This document shows, in pieces, positions 19,171-30,500 of a DNA stretch of 64,000 nucleotides. The notes beneath the pieces are model-generated. The model ran no database searches. It saw nothing but the letters and a program-made list of their open reading frames with translations, and had not been told where the DNA came from. A program made the translations under genes and the position numbers. Every line of letters begins with the position of its first letter. Position 1 is the first letter of the stretch. Source of the stretch: an uncultured Bacilli bacterium. GTDB taxonomy: Bacteria > Bacillota_I > Bacilli_A > ML615J-28 > CAG-313. Location of the stretch: the NCBI GenBank assembly GCA_934133195.1, contig CAKPAZ010000002.1, forward strand, positions 13,954 through 77,953. Direction: 5' to 3'.

Positions 19171-19629
19171 TTATATGCAAGTGGTGATAGTAATATTTAA
19201 TATAACTTTAATTAATTTATCTAAATCCTTAATGTTTTTCAAACTTGGTAAATGAATAAAAATAGCATTTTTATTTCTTTTTAATACTTTATGATAAGCA
19301 AAATTACATAAATAATTAGTAGGTTTATCATTAATAATGCAAGGAATATCATTATAAATGAAATAATCATAAACTTTATTATAATTTAAATTTGTAGATA
19401 ATAATTCACTATTCAATAAACTATTAAGTTCTAATCTAATACTTTTCTTTAGATTACTTCTTAAACCTAACATTATTATTAAATCATATTCTTCTATATT
19501 AATATTAGCTAACTGATTATCTATTTCCCTAAATGCATTATTGAATAATATTTTATCATTATTAATTCTATCAATTATTATTTTAGAAGTATTGTTAAAT
19601 CCATTAAAAGCTGTAAACAAAATTTTCAT
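19171..19629 (-). CDS. short pyroglutamyl-peptidase I (C15)-like protein
   Basis: MKILFTAFNGFNN..., ..RLELNS.., NYLCNFAYHKVL and AIFIHLP resemble the Glu / Cys / His motifs of C15 peptidases. At about 152 aa it is much shorter than typical members. The sequence is very AT-rich. Confidence 0.4.
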   Translation of the reverse strand: MKILFTAFNGFNNTSKIIIDRINNDKILFNNAFREIDNQLANINIEEYDLIIMLGLRSNLKKSIRLELNSLLNSELLSTNLNYNKVYDYFIYNDIPCIINDKPTNYLCNFAYHKVLKRNKNAIFIHLPSLKNIKDLDKLIKVILNITITTCI

Positions 19630-19640
19630 ATATTTATCCT

Positions 19641-20600
19641 TTATTTCAATAATGATTGTTTCCACTTAATCATCGGATGATTGTTAATTTTTTCATCAAT
19701 CATTTTATTTTCAAAAAGTTTTACTGAAATATTAGGAAAACTATTTATAAAATGAATTTCATTTTCAGTAATACTTTCTAAAATTTCATCTAATAGCATA
19801 CTAATATCATCTACAGCACCACAAATGTCAAACTTTTCATTTAGTTTTAACGTTGATGTTAAATATTGAGGGACTCTTTTTCCTATAAAAGAATTCATAC
19901 GTTTTTTACACTCTTCAAACAACGCTTTAATATCAATTTTTTCTTCAGAAGATAACAACAAATAAAAAATTAAACTTTTTTTGAATATAATAAATTCATT
20001 ACTATTTATTGTTTTATTTTTAATCATATTATATACATCATAAATGTCTCTAATAGTTGTTCTATATATTAAAGCATTAGTTTTTGATGCAAATAAATCA
20101 AATTTATTTAATGTTAAAACCTCTTCACTATTTTTTAAAGGTAATGTAATACTTCTTTTCCCGCAATCATATAAATGAATTCTATTCATATAATTGATTT
20201 CAATTTTTATCATATCTGTAGCATTAAACATATTTGAGTAATTGAAAACAAAAGAATCCAAAGCGTGAGTTTTCTTTGTTTTATCATTACGATATTGCAT
20301 ATTAGATTCTTGCATATAATTTAATAATTTTTTTTCAATTAAATCTCTATCTATCATCATTTTTTCTCTATCATTCGAACCAATATAATCTAAATCAATA
20401 TCAACACTTAGTCTCAAATAATTATAAAATGTTAAATTAATAGCAGTTCCACCTTTTAATGCTAGTTTATCCTTTAAATAAATGTCAGTATTAATAAATT
20501 CCAAAACATCAATTAGTCTTAATACTCTTTCCAATGTTTGTTTTTGAACATTTAATTCTTGTGCAGTAATAACAATTTCTTTTTTTGTATATGAAAACAT
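19641..20600 (-). CDS. AbiEii/AbiGii family nucleotidyltransferase toxin (DUF1814)
   Basis: 319 aa. LALKGGTAINLTF....LSVDIDLDY matches the GG[ST] and DxD nucleotidyltransferase motifs of AbiEii. It lies 3 nt downstream of the AbiEi-like gene. Confidence 0.75.
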   Translation of the reverse strand: MFSYTKKEIVITAQELNVQKQTLERVLRLIDVLEFINTDIYLKDKLALKGGTAINLTFYNYLRLSVDIDLDYIGSNDREKMMIDRDLIEKKLLNYMQESNMQYRNDKTKKTHALDSFVFNYSNMFNATDMIKIEINYMNRIHLYDCGKRSITLPLKNSEEVLTLNKFDLFASKTNALIYRTTIRDIYDVYNMIKNKTINSNEFIIFKKSLIFYLLLSSEEKIDIKALFEECKKRMNSFIGKRVPQYLTSTLKLNEKFDICGAVDDISMLLDEILESITENEIHFINSFPNISVKLFENKMIDEKINNHPMIKWKQSLLK

Positions 20601-20602
20601 TG

Positions 20603-21328
20603 CTATCCCTCCATATCCTTATAAACAAACAAACGCCATTTCGCATTAAATACTAATGAGTCTTTTGCTTGTAGATTGTAGTAACCAACTATATTTTCAC
20701 TTCTTTTTCTACATTCAGAAAAAAAATCATCGTGGATATTAAATACCTCTTTATATTTTTCTAAAACATACCCAACTTTTTTATACAGCAACTTGTTATT
20801 TAAACTTTCTAAATATTCCATTATTTTTAAATCATCGATTATATTAATATTATTTATACATTCTAATAACTCATAATATTCAAAATTTGCACTATCTTTG
20901 ATACAGTCAACAATCGCTCTTTCAATGCTACTAATTCTAATTCCAGAAAAATTATTTACTTGAATTAAATTACTGCTTCTATGATATTTATATAAATTAT
21001 CTTCAAAAACAAAATCACGTTTATAGGTATTTGTTGTGACATCAATAGTATTATAAACTTGATTATTTAATCCATAATATTCAAAAACACTATGATGGGA
21101 AATAAAATCATTACTACCATAACCACATGCTATTTCATATTTATTAGCAGCTGATATATTATTAACTAAATCATTAATTACAAAATAATCTTTTTTGATT
21201 TTTGTTATATACCCCTTATCTATATATGAACTTAATATATAGTTAGCATTATGAATACCTCCACAGATATTTATTACATCTTTTTTATTAAACAATTTTA
21301 AATTAGATAATTCTTTTAAATATTTCAT
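20603..21328 (-). CDS. AbiEi-like antitoxin / transcriptional regulator
   Basis: 241 aa. The size, the position immediately upstream of the AbiEii-like gene and an N-terminal wHTH-like segment fit AbiEi. My direct motif recognition is weaker here than for the toxin. Confidence 0.55.
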   Translation of the reverse strand: MKYLKELSNLKLFNKKDVINICGGIHNANYILSSYIDKGYITKIKKDYFVINDLVNNISAANKYEIACGYGSNDFISHHSVFEYYGLNNQVYNTIDVTTNTYKRDFVFEDNLYKYHRSSNLIQVNNFSGIRISSIERAIVDCIKDSANFEYYELLECINNINIIDDLKIMEYLESLNNKLLYKKVGYVLEKYKEVFNIHDDFFSECRKRSENIVGYYNLQAKDSLVFNAKWRLFVYKDMEG

Positions 21329-21505
21329 AGCTTATAACCTCAACATTATTATACATCATTTAATCAAAACAATCAAATTAAATGTTTAATTATTTTGCTC
21401 ATTATTTAGTTTTTGTTATATATTATGTTTATATTTTTAAACTTTTTTGCCAGACATTCGTGGATTCCCTACCCTTTAATTCCCACTAAGAAATAATTCA
21501 TTTTT

Positions 21506-21547
21506 ATCACCTAATATAGTTTATGTTATTTACCTATATTTGGTGAT
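21506..21547. repeat. 14-bp inverted repeat (ATCACCTAATATAG / CTATATTTGGTGAT, 1 mismatch) with a 14 nt spacer
   Basis: Read directly from the sequence: arms at 21506-21519 and 21534-21547. It lies just downstream of the GNAT stop and upstream of the AbiE cassette. Confidence 0.6.
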
Positions 21548-21553
21548 ATCTTC

Positions 21554-22018
21554 TTATAGTATTTTCTCCATTCCTATTTTCTGAATTTTCATTCCTATTT
21601 TTTCATAAAACTTTAAGGCACTATCATTGCCTGCCCATACATTTAGAGTAACATTGTAACATCCTAATGATTTTGCAAAATTCAAAACATATTCATATAA
21701 CTGTTTTCCAATTCCTTTACCACGTATTGAACTATTTACACATAAATCATCTATATATAAGCTTTTATAACTTACTAATGAATGATCATTTTCATGATTT
21801 ATAATAACACAAAATGCATAACCTAAAACCTTGTTATCTTCTTCATATACAAAAATTGGTTTAGTGCCATCATTTAATATTACTAATAATTCTTCATCAT
21901 TGTATTTCTTTTCACCTGCTTTAAATAAATCAGGTCTTACATCAGAATGCACTTTATGAACTTGATATAAAAGTTCATTCAAAGCATTGACATCTTCTTT
22001 TGTTGCTTTTCTAATCAT
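21554..22018 (-). CDS. GNAT family N-acetyltransferase
   Basis: 154 aa. The block LYIDDLCVNSSIRGKGIGKQLYEYVLNFAKSLGC is the acetyl-CoA binding motif (R/QxxGxG/A). Confidence 0.85.
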   Translation of the reverse strand: MIRKATKEDVNALNELLYQVHKVHSDVRPDLFKAGEKKYNDEELLVILNDGTKPIFVYEEDNKVLGYAFCVIINHENDHSLVSYKSLYIDDLCVNSSIRGKGIGKQLYEYVLNFAKSLGCYNVTLNVWAGNDSALKFYEKIGMKIQKIGMEKIL

Positions 22019-22030
22019 TTTATTCCTCCA

Positions 22031-22060
22031 AATTAAATAAAAAGCACCTAAGTGCTTTTT
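22031..22060 (-). terminator. rho-independent terminator after the 604 aa repeat protein gene
   Basis: The minus strand reads AAAAGCAC-TTAG-GTGCTTTT followed by TATTTAATTT. Confidence 0.75.
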
Positions 22061-22064
22061 AAGA

Positions 22065-23879
22065 TTATTTTTTAATTGTAATTGCTGGTCTTACACCATA
22101 TTCTTTTGTTACGATTGAATATCTTTCAACAGTATTAGGTGTAAGTTGGAAGTTTTCTGTCATTCCTCTAACAATGCTTATACCATTTGCTTTTGAGAAT
22201 GGTGATCTCAACATCCAATCACAGTTAGCATAGTTAGCGTAAAGTGGAGACACCTTAATTCCTTTAGCACGTAAATACTCAGTCGCAATTCCTTTTCTGT
22301 TTTTATCATTAACATCAAATGATGAACTAAAGCCATATTTTGCGTTTGTTACATCAGCATAAGATAGTAAGAAAACAAAATCTTCTGTGTCATTAGATGC
22401 CATTGGATTACTTGATGCATATGTTGTTGAAGCAGAGTTGTCAACTTTAGTTTTTACTATTCTTTGTTGTTGAGCTTCACTAAAAGCATTTTTGTAGAAC
22501 ACTTGATTTAACCACTTTCTAATTTGTGAATTTTCATAGTTGTTATCTTCAGCTTCATTAAACTTATAAACATCTAAAACATATTCACTAAATAGAGTCA
22601 TTGTGTCATTATCTTCACTAATTACTCTCCATTTAATTGGATCAACATTGAAGTAATAATAGCTAACTTCTTTACTTGTTCCAATTGTCATAGTTGGAGT
22701 GTTTCTATAATAAGTAAGTCTATCAAATTGATAAATTGCATTAGCAGGATTAGGTTCTACTTTTACATACTTTTTACCATTATATTCAATTTCTTCAGTT
22801 TTAGCATCAGTTGAAAGAGCTTTTAATGCATTGATTGTTTCAGCGTCAGCAACTACACTTTGAACATAACTTCCGAAGTATATATATTTTTTGCCGTTTT
22901 CCACAAAAACTACACCATCTTCAGCTGGTAAGAATTTTGCATATAAAGTAATATCTTCAGTAGTTCCTTTAGTAATTGTTTCTACTTTATTTATATACTC
23001 AGGTTCACGATACCAACCATCAAAACGATATCCATATTTAGTTGGAACAGGAAGTGTCAATCCTTTTGAACTATTATATGTAGTAGCAGTTAATCTTTCA
23101 TTAAAGCCACCATCTAGTTCATAAGTAACATTATATGACCATTCTGCATAAAGCGTAATATCTTGATCAGTTCCTAATTTAATTTCTGTAATTAATGAAT
23201 CTTCGTTAAAATCAGGTGAAGTATACCAACCAGTAAATACCATATTTTCTTTAGTTGGAGTTGGTAGTTTTACATTATCTAAAATAGTAAATGAAGTAAC
23301 TAAGTCTTCGCATGTACCGCCATTTAATTCATAGGTAATTGTATGAGTTGGAGCTTTCCAAGTTGCTGTAAAGACCTTATTTCCAATTTCACCTTTTTCA
23401 ATTTTAGTAACTGTAGTTCCAGATGCATCTTTCCATCCTTCAAATGTGCATCCTTCTCTTGTTGGAGTTGGAAGGTCAACTTCTGTTTCTACTGTATAGC
23501 TTGTTGGTATTGTTATATTTGCACTAAAGTTTCCACCATTTAATTCAAAAGTAATTGTATAAAATATCGCAACCTTATTATATTTTGCTGTTACAGTAAT
23601 ATCATCTTGAATATTTTCTATGCTTGGTTCCCATCCAGCAAATACATATCTATAGCCTTTTCCTGGATTTTTACTAGATGTTAATTTTTTAATATCAGGT
23701 TGTGTTGCAGTTTTTCCAATAGCAGTTTTTACTTCTGCAATAACAGTTCCATCATCATTAACAAACTTAACAACTGGGCGTTTAATCTTTGTACTTACAA
23801 TAATAACAGCAAGTGCTAAGATAAATAGTACTGTACCTATAATTGTTTTTACAATCATTTTATTTTTACTTTCTTCCAT
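22065..23879 (-). CDS. membrane-anchored surface protein with Listeria-Bacteroides repeats and a C-terminal DUF6273-like domain
   Basis: An N-terminal TM anchor (IIGTVLFILALAVIIV) is followed by 4-5 repeats of the type Y.ITFELNGG......LPTPTREGCTFEGW. The C-terminal region has IKWRVIS..., IRKWLN, WMLRSP and GVRPAITI. Confidence 0.7.
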   Translation of the reverse strand: MEESKNKMIVKTIIGTVLFILALAVIIVSTKIKRPVVKFVNDDGTVIAEVKTAIGKTATQPDIKKLTSSKNPGKGYRYVFAGWEPSIENIQDDITVTAKYNKVAIFYTITFELNGGNFSANITIPTSYTVETEVDLPTPTREGCTFEGWKDASGTTVTKIEKGEIGNKVFTATWKAPTHTITYELNGGTCEDLVTSFTILDNVKLPTPTKENMVFTGWYTSPDFNEDSLITEIKLGTDQDITLYAEWSYNVTYELDGGFNERLTATTYNSSKGLTLPVPTKYGYRFDGWYREPEYINKVETITKGTTEDITLYAKFLPAEDGVVFVENGKKYIYFGSYVQSVVADAETINALKALSTDAKTEEIEYNGKKYVKVEPNPANAIYQFDRLTYYRNTPTMTIGTSKEVSYYYFNVDPIKWRVISEDNDTMTLFSEYVLDVYKFNEAEDNNYENSQIRKWLNQVFYKNAFSEAQQQRIVKTKVDNSASTTYASSNPMASNDTEDFVFLLSYADVTNAKYGFSSSFDVNDKNRKGIATEYLRAKGIKVSPLYANYANCDWMLRSPFSKANGISIVRGMTENFQLTPNTVERYSIVTKEYGVRPAITIKK

Positions 23880-23980
23880 AGGGACCTCCTAGTCTTTAAA
23901 AAAGATTCTTCTTTTACATATTATATCATTTTTTTTAATCATTTTCAAGTAAATTAGGAATATATATTAAATGTATTTTT

Positions 23981-24015
23981 GGAGAAAAAGAAAAAGTGCT
24001 ATCTCTAGCACTTTT
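23981..24015 (-). terminator. rho-independent terminator after rplS
   Basis: The minus strand reads AAAAGTGCTA-GAGA-TAGCACTTTT followed by TCTTTTTCTCC. Confidence 0.8.
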
Positions 24016-24039
24016 AACTTTCCGTTTTTAAAATTAAAA

Positions 24040-24390
24040 TTAGTTACGACGTTCTTTGATTCTTGCAGATTTAGCTGATAAACCACGGATGTAGTTAAGT
24101 TTAGCACGACGTACACGACCAAGACGTACAACTTCAATTTTAGCAACCATTGGTGAATGAACAGGGAAAATTCTTTCAACTCCAACACCAGATGAAATCT
24201 TACGAACTGTGTAAGTTTCACTAATGCCACCACCATGACGGCCAATTACTAATCCTTCAAAAATTTGGATTCTTTCGCGGTCACCTTCTTTAATCTTTAC
24301 ATGTACTTTTACAGTGTCACCTGGACGGAATTCAGGAACATCGTTTCTCATGTAAGATTGAGTTACTGCTTTGATTAATTGTTGACTCAT
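24040..24390 (-). CDS. rplS: 50S ribosomal protein L19
   Basis: 116 aa. It reads ...[59 protein letters not shown].... Confidence 0.95.
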   Translation of the reverse strand: MSQQLIKAVTQSYMRNDVPEFRPGDTVKVHVKIKEGDRERIQIFEGLVIGRHGGGISETYTVRKISSGVGVERIFPVHSPMVAKIEVVRLGRVRRAKLNYIRGLSAKSARIKERRN

Positions 24391-24469
24391 ATTATCTCTC
24401 CTTTATCTTCTGGTATTCATTCATATTCCATATCAACTTGGTTAATATCAGCGGAATACCATGTATTGC
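24391..24469 (-). promoter_or_regulatory. structured rplS 5' leader (L19-leader-like nested hairpin)
   Basis: On the minus strand an outer stem pairs GGUAUUC (complement of 24454-24460) with GAAUACC (complement of 24412-24418). It encloses an inner stem AUAUUAAC-CAA-GUUGAUAU. The 3' arm ends about 10 nt before the RBS GGAGAG. Confidence 0.4.
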
Positions 24470-24475
24470 TTTAAT

Positions 24476-24504
24476 ATTATATCACATCTTCTTGTTTTTT
24501 GCAA
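24476..24504 (-). promoter_or_regulatory. dedicated rplS promoter (-35 TTGCAA, 17 nt, -10 TATAAT)
   Basis: The minus strand reads TTGCAAaaaacaagaagatgtgaTATAAT. The -35 is at 24499-24504 and the -10 is the complement of 24476-24481. Confidence 0.65.
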
Positions 24505-24524
24505 GAAATATATCTTTTTATTTT

Positions 24525-24560
24525 TAAGAAGAAAGTGTCTCAAATTAATGAGACACTTTT
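24525..24560 (-). terminator. terminator hairpin after the 2517 aa gene
   Basis: The minus strand reads AAAGTGTCTCA-TTAATT-TGAGACACTTT followed by CTTCTT. The stem is a perfect 11 bp but the U-tract is interrupted. Confidence 0.6.
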
Positions 24561-24564
24561 GTTA

Positions 24565-27500
24565 TTAACGTGCATATACCTTATTGTTCCAAATTCTACT
24601 TGCAGGATAACTTCCATCCCATTGTTCCCAAGTAGTTGTACCAGGAATAACACTATATAGTTTGATTTCTCTTGTTTCACCATTTAGTTCAACTTTTAAT
24701 GTATAAGATACAGTTGTTGTTTTTTCTGGTGCATTGATTACTCTACCAGTGTTATCAATAATTTCAGGATTATGAGATACTAATGAAATCTTAGCATCTT
24801 TATAATTAGATCTTACTTCATATTGTAATTCAATCATTTCCATTAGACATGGCCAGAAGCTTCCTTCAATTACTGATTGAGGACAGTTTTTACCACACCA
24901 TGTATTATGTTGTTTAACTCTAGTTGGATCAAGGTTATTTCTAATTAAGATATCTGCAACAAGCATTGCAGTTCTTTGCCATGTATCATATACATCACCA
25001 GAAGTGTTAACGCACATTTCAATACCAATTGAATTACAGTTTCCACCAAATGCTGAAATGATTCCATAACCAGAATACCATAGTGGTCCTCCAATATAAT
25101 AATAGCCATCAACAACTTTCCATACAGGACCTAAATGACTGAACATTGCTTTTGTAGGTTCTTTTGTACCAGTTTTTGGAATAGCAACTGTAGTTGCTTC
25201 ACCATTTAAACTTAGGAAGTAATCTTCTCCTATTTTAACTATATCAAAGTCTGGTTTAACGTTTCCTGGAGCTTTTACAGTTGTCTTTATCCAGCTAAAT
25301 GTATTCTTAGTTCCGTCGGCCGCATGGTATGCAATGTATTTTTCAGGTACAACACCAAATATTGCATCATTACCTACTGTGTAGTGAATAGAAGTTTCAC
25401 CTGATGACATTACTTGAGCAATTGATTCAACAGTACCAGTAAGTGTTGCAGTATCATGGATAGTTACAAATTCAATTGTATCAACATCACGACGATCTTT
25501 ATGGTTATTTGGATTCTTTTCTGTAGTTTCATAATATGTTTCATTAACAACATATTCATCAAATAAGAATCTGTTTACACTTCCATATGTTGGAACAAAT
25601 ACTTTAGTTGTTCCATCATTATATAAGCTTACGTTACCACTTTGTACTGTTGAGAAATGACCATTTACTAATAATGATAATAATTTATCAATACTTGTTT
25701 CATTTCCTAATGATTTAACAGTAACACCAATTGTTAAGTTAGCTTCCATGCCAACAGTCTTAATTAATATTTCTGCATATCCATCTTTTAACGCTGTGAT
25801 TAAACCAGTTGCAGATACAGAAACAATTTCTGGATTTAATGATTCAAATACAAATGTTGCAGAAGCTGCATTCTTACCAAATGCTTTAACATTTAGTTGA
25901 AGTGTATCTTCTGGTTTAATTGTTCCATTATATACACCTTCAAAACTTGCATCAATTGAATCATGTGAATATACAGTTATTTCTCTTTCAACAACAACTA
26001 AGTTCATATAATCACGCATGATTATTTTAGCAGTACCAACATTGATGGCTTTTACTAATCCTGTTGAAGTTACTTGAAGAATATCAGTATTACTTGATTC
26101 AAAGTATACAGTTTTGAAATATGCATCACTAGGTTCGATTGAAGCAACAATTTGGAATTCTTCATTTGTAAGCATTTCATCTTTGAAAGCATCAATCTTA
26201 ATGCCAGTTGCTGGATTTAAAGCTTCCCACTTAGCTTTTAGTGTTGTATCGCCTTTAAGTTCAGTAATTGATGTGATAAGTTTATCATTTTCATACCAAC
26301 CTAAGAATTTATAACCAAGTAGTCCTGGTTTAATTAATTCATCATTAGTTCCTACTTTAACTGTGATTTGGTCACATTCAGGAAGTTCATCAAAGAAACA
26401 TACTTCTGTAGGATTTGCATTATTAATTGATTCAATAGCTCCACCAAATACTACATATTGGCCAACTTTAATTTTATTAGTTATTGGTTTAATATTTATA
26501 CCATATCCATTGTAGGAATTAGAAATAGTTATTACATATTCTGCACCTTCAGGCCATGATGATGCACCTGTTTGTAAGAAACTTACAACTTCATATAAGC
26601 CAGTTTCTTTATTCTTAGCAATATAAATACGGTCAGAGAAAGTAGCTTTTGGATCACATGATGCATCAGTAATGAAAATATCAGTTACATATTTACCACC
26701 AGTCCAGAATGAACCATCACTATTGTTATAGTTATTAATAGTTACAGCAATTGGGTTTTCTCCACGATTTTGGTAAAGGCCTTCATTTGAGTATCCACCA
26801 TTGTATATATATGTAATATTAAAATATTCAACTGCTTCCCAAATAGCATAAACTGTTACATCACCTGTTGTTGTTTTAGAAATTGCTGTAATAATTTGAC
26901 TTCCATCAGGAGTTAAGCTCCATCCAACAAAGCGATAATCTTCTTTTGTTGGAATTGGAAGAATATATTCTTTTCCTTCTAAATAACGAGTTGATGCAGA
27001 TACTTCACCACCATCTAATACATAGATGATTTTTGAGTAAATCTTAGTTTCACCAGATCCACCATCAACTTCTTCTTTTGATGGAACATCTTGAGCATTT
27101 TGATATGCATCAGCATATGTTGTAACATTTAGGAAATTCTTATCTAATAGAGTAGTTGTACCCCAGTAGTTTTTATCTGCGTTTACTACTACATCTGGGT
27201 TTACATTCTTAACAAATAAATCACCACTACAATTTTCACGGATATTGTAATTGATATTAATCATACAATTATCGCCGTTTAAAACTTTTGCTTCTTCAAA
27301 TCTAAATAGCATATAACCATTTGTAATTTTATTGAAACGATAGTTAATCTTTAGTTCATCATCTTTAGAACCTGAGTAAGTCTTGAATGTTACACCTGCA
27401 TGGTATTCAGCAAGACCAATGTTATTGTATTTGTTACTTTCAATTGTATAGTTACCATAACTATATCTTAAGAACCAAATAACATATTGTTGATATCCAT

Positions 27501-30500
27501 CAAATACGTTATCAGAAATATTGATTTCACCTTTAGTACCAAATGCACCGATATCATCAATTTTGATACCATCATTATATGTTTGATATGGACCATAGAA
27601 TTCATTATTAGTAATTGTTAGATTTTCAAATTCAGATCCATAAAGTATCATTTGACGACCAGTACCTTTGTTTATACGTGAGTATTTAATTACTACATTC
27701 TTATATGATACGCCAGTAGCAGGTACAAAGTAGAATGGAGCAGTTTTAGATCCAGCAACCTTAGAATTATCAAATAAAATATAATTAATTGTTAGATTTT
27801 CAATTGAAGTTGATTCAGATCCAACAATACGAGCTTCGCCTGTTAATGTAATACCATTAATTTCGACGTTACTTGCTTCAATTATTAAATCTGATGTAAA
27901 GATTGCTTCATTTTGTCTTGTATCCTTATTAGGATTAATATCTTTATTAGGGCCAATGATAGTTACGCTCTTAGCAATAGTACCACCAGCGTAAGTTCCT
28001 GATACAAATTCAATTGTATCACCATCAGTTGCTGCTGCAAGAGCTTCTTCTAGTGTTTTATATGTTTGGCCTTCGCCTACCATCAATGATGGTTTAATTT
28101 CTTTAAATATTGCATATAGAGTAATTTCTCCAGTTGCAGTTTCTGGAATAATTGTAATGTATTCATTACCATCTTTTGTTAATGACCAACCTAAGAACTT
28201 ATATCCATCTTTTGTTGCAGCAATTAATCTTGTTGCATAGCCTGGTAGATATTTAGTAGGAGCACCTTCAAGAAGGGTTCCACCATCAAGTTCATATTTA
28301 ATTGCACACATTTTTGTTTCTGCATATGCATCGTCTAATTCCATTGTTGATTTGAAATCATCTTTTGCAATTTCTGATGCTTTAATATTAGGTGTACCTT
28401 GATCAGTGTATGCAAGAGCAGAATAGTTCATACCAAAATAGAAGTTTTTAGCATTAACACAGAATCTCATTCTTGCAGAAGTATTTAAAATCTTATTATA
28501 CTTGATAGTTACATGTGGAGTTGAAGTAGTATCAGTAGTTGATTTACCTTGTACACTAAATACTGTGTCTTTACAATAGTTAAATGTGTTACCAATATAA
28601 TTAATTTCAATTGATTCATACTCAGCATGATGAACAGCCATTCCACATTCAGCATTAGCTGCACTATCACTATCAAAATTATTATCACGCATTGTGATTT
28701 TTGTATTTTCAGCAAGTTTATCTTGACCAACCCAGAAAGTCCAATAGTTTCCAGCAAAACGATATGCAATGTTATCATTCATATTAATAACACCTGCAGC
28801 GTTTCTTAGCCAGAATGCAAAGACATTTTGTGATGTTGGGCAATTGTTTGTAACATAGTTATGGTTAATTTCTGCACCTGTGATTAAGCCTTGGCTATAA
28901 ACACAAGAATAATAATTAACTGTAGATTTTAATGTAAATTTATTATATTCAACAACTAAATTGTTGATAGCACCAACGAAATGGATTTGACCAATTCCGG
29001 CAGCTGATGTTCCAGCTGATGCAGCTGTTCCTTCAATTACGTTATATTTAACAACGATAGTATCATTATCACCTTCACCATAAACTGAAGTTGTATTTGT
29101 TAATTTAAATCCTAGGATTTTAACATCTTTTACATTTTTAGATATTGTTATTTTTCCACTAATTATAGCTTCTAATGCTCGTTTATCACTTGTTCCCTCA
29201 ATTCCACTATTTGGACCAATTAATTGAATTCCATCATAAGCTATAACTAAATCTTCACTATAAGTTCCCGCTTTAACATATATTTTAGTATTTGCAGTTG
29301 CTGCAAGTAAAGCATCTTTAATTGTTTTATACTCTTCATTAGGGCCAACTACAATTTCATCAACAGCGACTACTTCTTCTTTCCATACTGCATAAACTGT
29401 TACATCACCTGTTTGTGCAGCAGATATTGATGTAATATATTCAGTACTATCTTTTTCAAGAGTCCAACCAAGGAATATATATCCTTCTTTAACAGGAGTT
29501 GCTAAAACTAATTCTTTACCTTCTTCATAAGTTGTAGGAACAACATATCCTTCTTCAAATTCTCCACCATCAAGTTCAAATGTGATTTTAGAATTTACTA
29601 CTGGAATTGTATATTCCCATTTTGCATAAAGTACTAAATTACCAGTCATACCCTTAGTTATTTTAGTAATTGCGATTGTACATTCTTTATCTAAGAACCA
29701 ACCTAAGAAATTAACATTAGCTGTTGCAGATGGTAAATCAAATTCATCTTCAACTGTATATTTTAGATTAGTTGTAGGAAGTTCAGCTTTAACTTCGGTA
29801 TTATCTTTTACAATGTATTTTGCAGGAAGTTCATTAAATGCTGCAATTGTTGTTCCTTTTACCCATTGATGGAAACGGAATAGAATTTGGATTTTACCAG
29901 CTGATGTTGGTGTATATGTGTTATCATATGCTGGGTAACCATTCTTAACAGCATTATAGAAATATTGATCCATTGCTTGATATTTTTCACGATATGCATT
30001 GCTATTTAAGAAATAACTTTCTGAATGTTCTATTACAGCTTTTCCTTCACTATCACGTTTAACTGGTTGATAAATGAAGTTAGATACTGTTTTTTCAAAA
30101 ACATAAATATCAATTGCTTTTAATTCTTCAGCATTACTAAATGAAGTTGTTTGACCATTCTTAGTTATAGTAACTTTACCATTTTGAACTTGAACATATG
30201 TTGAAATGTATTCAGCATTTGTTACAAACCAATTATATAAATCACTATAGAATTCATTTACAAATTCATCTTTGCTATTCCATTTTGTTTTAATTATTGT
30301 TGTTAAGTTTTTATCATATGTAATTGTGTATTCACAAATTTCATATAAAGCAGTTACTTCAAGGTCTTGTTTTACATTTACAATTGGCTTATCCCAACCA
30401 ATAAACTTATATCCAAGACGGGTTGGATCTTTTGGTGCTGCTGCAGCACGACCATCTTTAACTACAGTTTCTTTTAATACTTTTCCATCATAATCTTTAA

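Noticed and set aside
21450-21500. The sequence ttgccagacattcgtggattccctaccctttaattcccac, considered as a possible tRNA 3' fragment or att site flanking the AbiE cassette.
   Set aside because: It does not contain a GGTTCGAATCC-like T-arm or an acceptor-stem complement. No matching direct repeat was found at the other side of the cassette (around 19150-19170).
23967-24245. 92 aa ORF overlapping rplS and its terminator.
   Set aside because: It is out of frame within the L19 coding sequence and runs through the rplS terminator hairpin. The translation is low-complexity.
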